Assembly (NCBI GenBank): GCA_965369175.1
Contig: CBDUPR010000002.1
Location: 60,012-124,011, forward strand
Direction: 5' to 3'
Length of the DNA: 64,000 nt
From: an uncultured Nitrosomonas sp.
GTDB lineage: Bacteria; Pseudomonadota; Gammaproteobacteria; Burkholderiales; Nitrosomonadaceae
Below the pieces are notes generated by a model. The model did not search any database. It worked only from the letters and a program-made list of their open reading frames with translations, and was not told the origin of the DNA. A program made the translations under genes and the position numbers. This document shows, one piece after another, positions 32,571 through 40,331 of this stretch. Every line of letters starts with the position of its first letter. Position 1 is the stretch's first letter.

Positions 32571-32881
32571 TAAGAGCCACCTTTCTTGGATTGAATTAAC
32601 TCTTTCGCTGTTTCTAACAAACGATCAGCGATTACTTCTGAATTAATTTTAAAGTTGCCTTCACTGATTGCTTGCTTTATCTCTTGTACACGAGCAGTGT
32701 CTATAACGGAGCTAGTCGCTAAGTTGCTGTCAATTGTTTTTTGTTGTGTAATATGTGAATTTAAATGTGCAGCAGTTGTGTTTAGGTGTTCTTGCCTTGT
32801 GCTCGGAGTAGTGTCAGTACGTTTCTTTTCAACACTGGCAGAAACATTTGTCAAAGACTGGATTGAATTATCTACTTTCAA
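32570..32881 (-). CDS. flgM: anti-sigma-28 factor FlgM
   Basis: 103-aa ORF starting at TTG 32881 with GGGAA upstream. It has a disordered N-terminus and the FlgM C-terminal motif IDTARVQEIKQAISEGNFKINSEVIADRLL. Confidence 0.85.
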   Translation of the reverse strand: MKVDNSIQSLTNVSASVEKKRTDTTPSTRQEHLNTTAAHLNSHITQQKTIDSNLATSSVIDTARVQEIKQAISEGNFKINSEVIADRLLETAKELIQSKKGGS

Positions 32882-32915
32882 TTTAATTTCCCTATAATCA
32901 GTGTTTATGGGTGTG

Positions 32916-32943
32916 TTATCGACATTTTGATAAAAAAACTTGA
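32916..32943 (-). promoter_or_regulatory. sigma-28 (FliA) class-3 promoter of flgMN
   Basis: The minus strand reads TCAAGTTT-N12-GTCGATAA, against the consensus TAAAGTTT-N11-GCCGATAA. The -10 element ends 35 nt upstream of the flgM start. Confidence 0.6.
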
Positions 32944-32980
32944 GTCCAGATATTTATATGATTGATACTGTATCAGTTGT

Positions 32981-33001
32981 CACAGGTCACAGGTCACAGG
33001 T
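32981..33001. repeat. three perfect tandem heptamers CACAGGT (minus strand ACCTGTG)
   Basis: Read directly: CACAGGT CACAGGT CACAGGT at 32981..33001. This is about 40-60 nt upstream of the flgM sigma-28 promoter elements. Confidence 0.95.
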
Positions 33002-33301
33002 CTTTAAGATTTTAGATGAACATATTGTGTACTATTTGATGTCACTAAACAAATTACGATATATGATATTTTTTTATCAGAATCAGTCTGGTTATAATAG
33101 CTTGTAATTAAATGCCTATTACTTACCTGATAACACATAAGGATTTGTTAATCACTTTATTAGCTCATTATGTAATTAATTAAATACCTGTTAATTGGGT
33201 TTAGATAAGTTATTAATTATAAACATACCTTAAATGAATTTCAGGCTTTAGTATTCATTTAGGGATAGACTATGATAAACAGTTGAGGAGAAGCGTTACA
33301 C

Positions 33302-34030
33302 ATGTCTCATATTTTTATTGCACTTTCGCGTGCATTGAGGGATCTATTCCAACCTAAAGTATTGTGGATTATGATTTGGCCAGTACTAGCGGCAGGTTCG
33401 CTATGGCTAGTTTTAAGCGTGATTTTTTGGGATACCTTTTCAGGGTGGATAATTCAAGGCTTTTCTAGCCTTGGTATTCAAAGCTGGCTTGAAGCTCTGG
33501 AACCAGAGTGGATTGCGCATGGAATTCAAAGTATAACTCATGTAATTTTATTCGTCTCACTAGTAATTGTTACTACGTTATTCATTACCGCTATATTCGC
33601 AATGCCTGCATTGATTAATATTGTTGCTAATCGTCATTATCCGTCTCTTAAGCGTGAGTATGGCGGTAGTATTAGAGGAAGCTTAGTTAATGCATTACTT
33701 GCCATAAGTATTTTTGCTCTAATGTGGCTAATTACGTTTCCTTTATGGCTCATTGGGTTGGGTATCATCGTTCCGTTTGTCGCAGCAGCCTATTTAAATC
33801 AACAATTATTTCGCTATGATGCATTGTCGGAACATGCCAGCCATGAAGAAATGAAGGTGTTGCTTGCTACACATCAGTTATCATTATGGAGTTTAGGTCT
33901 ACTGACTGGAATGGTTCAGTTCGTGCCATTTTTAAATTTGTTTGCGCCAGTATTTGCTGCATTGGCTTTCATTCATTTTGAACTGGCGCGTCTCATGAAT
34001 ATGCGTCCCCCCTCTGATATGGTTGCTTAA
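33302..34030 (+). CDS. EI24/CysZ-like polytopic inner-membrane protein
   Basis: 242-aa ORF with about five to six hydrophobic segments. The N-terminal ALSRALRDLFQPKVLW pattern recalls the EI24/CysZ family. The assignment is tentative. Confidence 0.5.
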   Translation: MSHIFIALSRALRDLFQPKVLWIMIWPVLAAGSLWLVLSVIFWDTFSGWIIQGFSSLGIQSWLEALEPEWIAHGIQSITHVILFVSLVIVTTLFITAIFAMPALINIVANRHYPSLKREYGGSIRGSLVNALLAISIFALMWLITFPLWLIGLGIIVPFVAAAYLNQQLFRYDALSEHASHEEMKVLLATHQLSLWSLGLLTGMVQFVPFLNLFAPVFAALAFIHFELARLMNMRPPSDMVA

Positions 34031-34229
34031 TATGGTATTTTCGAGGGAATAAGCAGTCTTTGAATTTACCACAAAGCTAAGAATTATTTTAGACAATAAT
34101 CATCCCCATTTACGCAAAAGATACAGATCATTCTATTGAGTTGAATAGAATACTTCGGTCTTTCTCAAGATTCTAGTTATATATTTAAGAAAAATAATTG
34201 GATTATTATAGGTTAAAGGGATAAGCATT

Positions 34230-35738
34230 ATGAGCACTTGTATAGATTCTGCTGAACCTGGTTCTGAATCTCATAATACGATTCCAATGCAGAAGCAGCG
34301 TTATCCCAAGTCGTTCTTAAAGTTAATACTATTTGGATTTTCAATCATAGGATTACCTCTGATCGGAGCATTAATAAATAGTGCGATGTCTATTGATCGA
34401 CTTGCTGAACAAAGTCGTAAGACTGTACACCAAGCAACACAGGTTACACTTGGCAATCGTGTTTTAATCGATGAAATTCGAACAATGGAGCGAAGCATAC
34501 GACAAGCGCTGATTCTGGGGGATATGTCACTGCTTGAAGGATATTTCCGCGCCCATTCAAAGTTTGAGATGACTGCAGAGAAACTATGGGAGCATTCATC
34601 ACATATCGAACAACAATTATTATTAGAGAAAATACGTTTATCAGAGACGACTATTTTTATGGAGATATTAATCGCTATCGATGATTCTCCAGAAGATTTA
34701 CGTGATCTGGTAGAGAACTTCACCAGTTTAATGGAATCAGCAAATAATTTTTCTATCATGGGGCAGAATTTGATCGGGGTTGACGTCGGTGAAATGCTGG
34801 ATATGGCTAGTCACGCGCGCACAGTTGTCGAGTGGCAGTTACTTGCTTTAATTCCATTTGTAATACTATTAGCGCTTATCTTTTCAGTTCTAATTACACG
34901 CCCTATTCGACAGATTGATGAAGCTATTTATAAAATGGGTCAGGGAGAGCTATCAAAACCAGTATGTGTTGAGGGACCTCAGAATTTAAAATATATTGGA
35001 ATACGTTTAGACTGGATGCGGCGTCGTTTATTAAAATTGGAAGATCAAAAAATCCAGTTTCTTAGACATGTTTCTCATGAGCTTAAGACCCCTCTTACTG
35101 CTATACGTGAGGGTGCGGATTTGCTTGCTGAAGGCATCACAGGTCAACTAACCGAAAAGCAGCAGTTGATTGCCAATATACTGCACAGTAGTAGCTTGCA
35201 GTTACAAAAGAGAATTGAAGATCTATTAAGTTATAGTGCTCTTGAAACAGACAAAACTGCACTTGTAAAACACCAAGTAAAATTGGCAAAGATTCTAGAT
35301 GAAGTATTACAGAACCAGAATCTTTCTATAATGAGTAAGAGACTAGAAATTATTCGCAATTGTCCAGATTTGATGCTTGAATGCGATAGCGAAAAAATTA
35401 AGATTATTTTGGATAATCTGCTTTCCAATGCGGTGAAGTTTTCCCCACCCCGTGGCGCTATTCAAATAAAAGTAGCTCAAACAAATAAATTAATTCAATT
35501 AGATATAGCTGATATGGGTGTCGGTATACATAAAGTTGACCGGGAGAAGGTATTTGAACCTTTCTATCAGGGACGCAGTGTAGCGAATACACATGTTAGA
35601 GGAACAGGACTCGGATTATCCATTGCTCGTGAATACGCATTTGCGCATGGGGGTAATATTGAGCTAATTGAACAGTCTGAAGTTGGCGCACACTTTCGCC
35701 TTACCTTGCCTCTGAATGATATGGAGGGGGAAACATGA
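34230..35738 (+). CDS. glrK: sensor histidine kinase, GlrK/QseE-like
   Basis: 502-aa ORF with two TM segments flanking a periplasmic domain, a HAMP region, H-box HVSHELKTPLTAIREG, N-box LLSNAVKFS, and G-boxes DMGVGI and GTGLGLSI. The gene order matches glrK-qseG-glrR. Confidence 0.8.
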   Translation: MSTCIDSAEPGSESHNTIPMQKQRYPKSFLKLILFGFSIIGLPLIGALINSAMSIDRLAEQSRKTVHQATQVTLGNRVLIDEIRTMERSIRQALILGDMSLLEGYFRAHSKFEMTAEKLWEHSSHIEQQLLLEKIRLSETTIFMEILIAIDDSPEDLRDLVENFTSLMESANNFSIMGQNLIGVDVGEMLDMASHARTVVEWQLLALIPFVILLALIFSVLITRPIRQIDEAIYKMGQGELSKPVCVEGPQNLKYIGIRLDWMRRRLLKLEDQKIQFLRHVSHELKTPLTAIREGADLLAEGITGQLTEKQQLIANILHSSSLQLQKRIEDLLSYSALETDKTALVKHQVKLAKILDEVLQNQNLSIMSKRLEIIRNCPDLMLECDSEKIKIILDNLLSNAVKFSPPRGAIQIKVAQTNKLIQLDIADMGVGIHKVDREKVFEPFYQGRSVANTHVRGTGLGLSIAREYAFAHGGNIELIEQSEVGAHFRLTLPLNDMEGET

Positions 35739-36310
35739 ATATTATTTATTATAAGCTATTCGTCTTATTGCCAGTTCTACTATTAATACAGTTTATATTA
35801 TCCGGATGTTCAGCGTTGACCGGAGGGAATGGGGAAATAAGTGCACAAACTAATTCGGTGTGTATTCCTGATGCATTGCCGCATCAGGTAATCACTTCTA
35901 GTCATCTGGATCAAATCATGGAGTATTACGATTTTTTGCATAATCAAACACTGCCGGAGCTCATTAGAGAGTATAGTGCTGTAAAACAAGATGTTATAAA
36001 TAGCAAGAGTGATGAGAACCAGATTAAATACATACTACTGCTTTCTTTTCCAAATACAACTTTCCATGATGTAGACAGAGCACTTAAATTATTGAATGAA
36101 TGGCCGGGAAGCTCGGAGCAATCATCGAATTTGAATAGTTTTAAGAACTTATTGGTCATGTTATTTAACGAACAACAACGCATGAGTGATACTATCGGTA
36201 ATTTATTTCATAAACTCAAGACAGAGCGTGAACGCGCTGCTGCACTAGAAAAAAAGGTTAATGATATTAAAGATATGGAGAAGAATCTTATCAGAAGAGA
36301 TGCATATTAG
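35735..36310 (+). CDS. lipoprotein encoded between kinase and regulator (QseG/YfhG-like position)
   Basis: 191-aa ORF with a 4-nt ATGA overlap with the kinase stop, lipobox ILSGCSA and a coiled-coil C-terminus. The functional call rests on position only. Confidence 0.5.
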   Translation: MNIIYYKLFVLLPVLLLIQFILSGCSALTGGNGEISAQTNSVCIPDALPHQVITSSHLDQIMEYYDFLHNQTLPELIREYSAVKQDVINSKSDENQIKYILLLSFPNTTFHDVDRALKLLNEWPGSSEQSSNLNSFKNLLVMLFNEQQRMSDTIGNLFHKLKTERERAAALEKKVNDIKDMEKNLIRRDAY

Positions 36311-36329
36311 GTGTAAAAGGTAAAAAACT

Positions 36330-37682
36330 ATGCTTCCTAAACCAAAAATACTTCTTGTCGATGATGATGCCGATTTACTGGAACTACTCTCAATTCGCCT
36401 GATGGCTGTTGGCTATGAAACAAGTACAGCAGAAAGTGCTGAAGTTGCACTCAATTATTTAGATATTGCGCGTCCACAGCTAGTTATCAGTGATATGCAA
36501 ATGAGCGGTATGGATGGTATGGCATTATTTGAGCATATTCACCGAATGATTCCAACGTTACCTGTAATTATTCTTACCGCATATGGGACCATCCCAGATG
36601 CTGTTGCTGCTGTACAACGCGGAGTATTCGGTTATCTTGCCAAGCCATTTGATAGCAAAACCTTAATGGCTCAGATTAGTCAGGCTCTTAAGCATACTTC
36701 ATTTAGTGCCATTAAAACTGATGCATCGCAAGCACTGTGGCGTAAAGAAATTATTACACAAAGTGCGGTGATGGAAGATGTGCTGACTAAGGCAGAACTA
36801 GTTGCTAGAGGTGATGCCAGTGTATTGCTTTATGGCGAGAGTGGTGTTGGAAAAGAATTGTTTGCGCGTGCTATTCACCGGGCATCTAATCGCTGTAATG
36901 AGCCATTTGTCGCGGTTAATTGTGCAGCAATCCCAGAGCAGTTACTGGAATCAGAACTTTTTGGACATGTTAAGGGGGCTTTTACTGGTGCAGTTAATAA
37001 TCATAAAGGATTATTTCAGTTGGCAGAGAAAGGTACACTATTTCTCGACGAGATTGGGGATATGCCACTCTTGCTCCAGGTAAAATTACTCCGTGCTTTA
37101 CAAGAAAAACAAATCCGTTCTGTTGGGTCTGCGCAAACAATTCCGGTTGATGTACGAATTATCTCAGCAACTCATCGTAATCTCAAAGCGGAAATTGCTG
37201 CAGGTAATTTCCGTGAAGATCTTTACTATCGACTGGATGTTGTCGCTTTGATAATCCCAACATTGTCACAACGCCGAGAAGATATTTCTCTATTAGCAAA
37301 TTATTTTCTCCAGCTATTTTCTGAAAAATATACAAAGGATATTAACGGATTCTCACCAGAAGCAATGCACATGCTGATTAGTGCACCCTGGCCCGGTAAT
37401 GTTCGGCAACTCATGAATATTGTTGAACAATGCGTTGTACTAAGTACCATATCGTTAATCTCACCTACTTTGGTATATGATGCCATGCAGAAGGAAGAAA
37501 CTCAGCTAACATCATTTGAAGAAGCCAGAAAACATTTTGAAAGAGATTACTTGGTGCGCGTATTGAAAATTACGGCTGGTAATGTAACTCAAGCTGCGCG
37601 TATAGCTAAGCGTAATAGAACAGAATTTTATAAATTACTTCAAAGGCATCGATTAGATTTTTCTGTTTTCAAGCAACCGTAA
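36330..37682 (+). CDS. glrR: sigma-54-dependent response regulator, GlrR/QseF-like (NtrC family)
   Basis: 450-aa ORF with a receiver domain (VISDMQMSGMDG), AAA+ domain (GESGVGKE, GAFTGA loop, ESELFGH) and C-terminal Fis-type HTH. The HTH, GNVTQAARIAKRNRTEFYKLLQRH, closely resembles my recollection of E. coli GlrR. Confidence 0.85.
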   Translation: MLPKPKILLVDDDADLLELLSIRLMAVGYETSTAESAEVALNYLDIARPQLVISDMQMSGMDGMALFEHIHRMIPTLPVIILTAYGTIPDAVAAVQRGVFGYLAKPFDSKTLMAQISQALKHTSFSAIKTDASQALWRKEIITQSAVMEDVLTKAELVARGDASVLLYGESGVGKELFARAIHRASNRCNEPFVAVNCAAIPEQLLESELFGHVKGAFTGAVNNHKGLFQLAEKGTLFLDEIGDMPLLLQVKLLRALQEKQIRSVGSAQTIPVDVRIISATHRNLKAEIAAGNFREDLYYRLDVVALIIPTLSQRREDISLLANYFLQLFSEKYTKDINGFSPEAMHMLISAPWPGNVRQLMNIVEQCVVLSTISLISPTLVYDAMQKEETQLTSFEEARKHFERDYLVRVLKITAGNVTQAARIAKRNRTEFYKLLQRHRLDFSVFKQP

Positions 37683-37806
37683 AGAAGGTTCAATTTGATG
37701 ACTACTATACTTTTCGAGACTACTGAGAAATATTCTTGTGTGATTTTAAGGATTGTTTTGATATCGTATTTCTGAATATCTCGAACAATTATAGCCGGGC
37801 ACTTGT

Positions 37807-37837
37807 AAAATAAAAAGAGGCTTTTGCAGAAGCCCTC
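37807..37837 (-). terminator. intrinsic terminator (hairpin plus TTTTTATTTT) on the minus strand
   Basis: The minus strand reads GAGGGCTT-CTGCAA-AAGCCTC: 7 bp with one bulged G, four of them G-C pairs. It is followed directly by TTTTTATTTT. On the plus strand the hairpin is not followed by a T-run. Confidence 0.5.
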
Positions 37838-37903
37838 GCCGGAAGATTTATATTGTTGATTATAAAAGGTTAATTTTCAACTATTGGGGTTTTGCAAAGG
37901 TCT
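37833..37903 (+). repeat. copy B of the roughly 70-nt intergenic element (partner at 31185..31258)
   Basis: See copy A. Relative to A, copy B has 21 extra nt (37812..37832) between TTGTAAAAT and CCCTCG. These supply one arm and the loop of the terminator hairpin. Confidence 0.85.
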
Positions 37904-37942
37904 AAAAAAATCTAATTTTTAAGCATCTGAAGATGGTTTTAT

Positions 37943-37970
37943 ATAATAGCGTGCTATTTTAAGAGGTCAA
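37943..37970 (-). promoter_or_regulatory. sigma-70-like promoter TTGACC-N16-TATTAT on the minus strand
   Basis: The -35 element TTGACC is the complement of 37965..37970. The -10 element TATTAT is the complement of 37943..37948. The spacer is 16 nt. Confidence 0.4.
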
Positions 37971-38055
37971 AAAAATGACCTTGATAAGATATTCAAAATG
38001 CAGCAGTGATAATAATCCCACGGAGAATATAGAATAATTCATTGAGATAGTTTCT

Positions 38056-38595
38056 ATGCGTGAATCAGAACTGTTTTGTTTATGTGAAAGGAAGCAATTA
38101 TTTTATGTCAGGCTTATTGGGCTAATGTCCATAATAATTGGCATATTGAGTGGCTGTGCTCTCAAGTCGTCGCATGGACCACTTCGCCCAGAAGGGCTAT
38201 ACGATTATCGTGCGCCCGACCTTGGAGCACCCTATAACAAGCCTTATAAAATAAAAGGTAATATCTACTACCCATTACGCTCAGCAGTTGCTTACAGTGA
38301 AGAAGGAATAGCTTCCTGGTATGGGTCCGAGTCGGGTAACCGCACCGCTATGGGTACTCGGTTTAAACCATATAATTTAACAGCTGCGCATAAAACACTG
38401 CCATTGCCAACTTGGGTTAGGGTAACGAATCTAAGTAACGGGCGCTTTGTAGATGTATTGGTTAATGATCGTGGTCCTTTCAAAAAGAATAGATTAATTG
38501 ATTTGTCTCAAGGCGCAGCCAAAAAGATTAATCTGAACGGCCTCGGTAAAGTAAAGGTTGAGTATATTGATCACATGATTAGTCAGCGTAATTAG
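38056..38595 (+). CDS. rlpA: RlpA-family lytic transglycosylase lipoprotein (DPBB domain, no SPOR domain)
   Basis: 179-aa ORF with lipobox ILSGCAL and DPBB motifs ASWYGSE ... TAAHKTLPLPTWVRVTNLSNGRFVDVLVNDRGPF. Confidence 0.85.
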   Translation: MRESELFCLCERKQLFYVRLIGLMSIIIGILSGCALKSSHGPLRPEGLYDYRAPDLGAPYNKPYKIKGNIYYPLRSAVAYSEEGIASWYGSESGNRTAMGTRFKPYNLTAAHKTLPLPTWVRVTNLSNGRFVDVLVNDRGPFKKNRLIDLSQGAAKKINLNGLGKVKVEYIDHMISQRN

Positions 38596-38801
38596 ATGGA
38601 TTATCTCAAGATAATATCATGGTGTATGTCATAGTGTATGCCCCGAGGATCAGACTGGTCGTATCTGACTTAAGTTTCTATGGATACCGCTTTCTTGTTA
38701 TCATTTTTTCCTCCGGTTAAGAATATTCTCTCTTAGCTGGGCTGTCTAAATATATTAGATTGAAGTGGTACCGCAAAACTGGACAAGCTGTTAAGCTCTG
38801 A

Positions 38802-39230
38802 TATGAGATAAATAAGAGGTATGAGCATAGTGCCGACAATTTACATCGCATGATTGAGAAATTGACGGTAGAACGCGATTTCTTAGCTAGCAAGCTCGAT
38901 CATTAAGTGTTGTTGAATGCAAAACAATGATCGTGTGCCATGAGAAGCTAAGTCAATCGCATCAATGTCATTCGACTTCGTGTTGCACGTTCGTCGTATT
39001 ATTATCAGCCACAACCCACAGGTGAGAGTGAGTTAATTTTGCTGCGTCAAATCGATGAACAGCATTTGAAAGCACCACAGTATGGTTCACGCAGTTATGC
39101 CGCGTGGTTCAGGCGCCAGGGGATGATGATAGGCCACAAGAAAGCAATTTTAATGATGAAGATGCTGGGTATTATTAGTACAGAGCGGAGTACCAAAGCC
39201 CAAAACTAGTATTCCGGCCAAGCTGAGAAG
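38802..39230 (+). mobile_element. decayed IS3-family insertion sequence remnant (OrfA C-terminus plus OrfB N-terminus, no DDE domain)
   Basis: Frame 38802..38906 ends ...LHRMIEKLTVERDFLASKLDH*. Frame 38952..39209 reads ...RSSYYYQPQPTGESELILLRQIDEQHLKAPQYGSRSYAAWFRRQGMMIGHKKAILMMKMLGI, an HTH_21-type OrfB N-terminus. A shifted frame then gives PKPKTSIPAK. There is no start codon, frames are interrupted, and the catalytic core is absent. Confidence 0.7.
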
Positions 39231-39833
39231 AAATGAACTCTAACGTGCTTGATTAGTTCAAGCTCAAACGGCGTAGGAGACTATATTTTTTTGATAATAA
39301 ACTTCATCTGGTGCTAGGCATCAAAGTTTTGATGACAACGTTCTTGATTGCACCAATTGAATCAGTTAGCTAAACTTCTCATCACCTTATTAACTTTTTG
39401 AGTTCAAATATATTGTCATAGTAACAGCCTTGCTATCCGCTGATCATGTATATCATGAATTGCTTTCATTGGTCGATTGCGTTTGATAATGATACGCTGA
39501 GCGTATAATACTCAACAAATAGCATTGGCGATACTGAGCTTAGGCAGTTTTTTTAGATTGTACGTTCCGCATGGGTATCGGGATTAATGTGATACAGCCT
39601 GTGTAGTGACCAAGCACTAAATACATGCATCATTAGTTGGCCTGTTTCAGCAGGTTATTTCATATTCAGGCATCCGTCAGATGGATTCTGAAATGTAATG
39701 GCGCTAAATAGCTGGGAAGATCATTTTCTGATACTAACCCAGAAAATGTATTCCATGCAGATTGGCGTTAGCTATCCCTTCAGGTTATTTCGTTTTGCCA
39801 AGATCGTATAATGATCTAGTAAAGGATTGTGGC

Positions 39834-39922
39834 TGGTGCCCGGAGCCGGAATCGAACCGGCATGGGCGATTAAGCCCGAGGGATTTTAAGTCCCTTGTGT
39901 CTACCAATTTCACCACCCGGGC
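39834..39922 (-). tRNA. tRNA-Leu (anticodon UAA)
   Basis: The reverse complement GCCCGGGTGGTGAAATTGGTAGACACAAGGGACTTAAAATCCCTCGGGCTTAATCGCCCATGCCGGTTCGATTCCGGCTCCGGGCACCA folds as a class II tRNA. It has a long variable arm, a TTCGATT T-loop and an encoded CCA. Confidence 0.92.
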
Positions 39923-39946
39923 AATTGAAGTTGCAGATTACTTGTG

Positions 39947-40020
39947 TGGAGGCGGGGGTCGGAATCGAACCGGCGTAGACGGCTTTGCAGGCCGCTGCAT
40001 AACCACTCTGCCACCCCGCC
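39947..40020 (-). tRNA. tRNA-Cys (anticodon GCA)
   Basis: The reverse complement GGCGGGGTGGCAGAGTGGTTATGCAGCGGCCTGCAAAGCCGTCTACGCCGGTTCGATTCCGACCCCCGCCTCCA has a 7-bp acceptor stem, a CTGCAAA anticodon loop and an encoded CCA. There is one C-A mismatch in the T-stem. Confidence 0.88.
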
Positions 40021-40143
40021 ATTTTTACATATTTACATAATCAGTTATATAGCGCACGGTATAATAAAATTTGAAAGTAATAAGTGGATGCTTGATAACA
40101 AGAGATATATCCAGCTGTTAAAATAGTTATCCATATCAAAAAA

Positions 40144-40218
40144 TGGAGCGGGAAACGAGGCTCGAACTCGCGACCCCAACCTTGGCAAGGTTGTGCTCTA
40201 CCACTGAGCTATTCCCGC
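40144..40218 (-). tRNA. tRNA-Gly (anticodon GCC)
   Basis: The reverse complement GCGGGAATAGCTCAGTGGTAGAGCACAACCTTGCCAAGGTTGGGGTCGCGAGTTCGAGCCTCGTTTCCCGCTCCA forms a canonical cloverleaf with an encoded CCA. The order pgsA-Gly-Cys-Leu matches E. coli pgsA-glyW-cysT-leuZ. Confidence 0.95.
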
Positions 40219-40331
40219 CCTAAGAAACTCATGCGCTGCTGAAGATGCTTCAGAAGCAAAAGTGGAATTATAGACATGCTGGTTGTTTTGTCAAGGAAAG
40301 CGCAAGCAAAAGTGAATAAAAGTGAAAATTA

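Larger units (their letters stand above)
37807..37936 (-). ncRNA. candidate small RNA (predicted from promoter plus terminator only)
   Basis: A minus-strand sigma-70-like promoter (37943..37970) is followed by about 125 nt without an ORF, then a hairpin plus U-tract (37807..37837). Both neighbouring genes are on the plus strand. No homology evidence is available to me. Confidence 0.3.

Noticed and set aside
32981-33001. Heptamer repeats considered as a CRISPR or GlrR-binding site
   Set aside because: The units are far too short and have no spacers, so this is not a CRISPR array. No TGTC-N10-GACA arrangement can be drawn on either strand.
37796-37812. CGGGCAC as a sigma-54 -24 element downstream of glrR
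   Set aside because: No TTGC-like -12 element exists at the required distance; the sequence there is AAAT.
37884-37896. TTGGGGTTTTGCA in both repeat copies (also 31239..31251), considered as a sigma-54 promoter
   Set aside because: The GG to GC spacing is about 4 nt too short for the -24/-12 geometry.
39762-40040. 92-aa plus-strand ORF (and the 39944..40126 ORF)
   Set aside because: It lies entirely antisense to tRNA-Leu and tRNA-Cys. It is an artefact of the GC-rich tRNA sequence.
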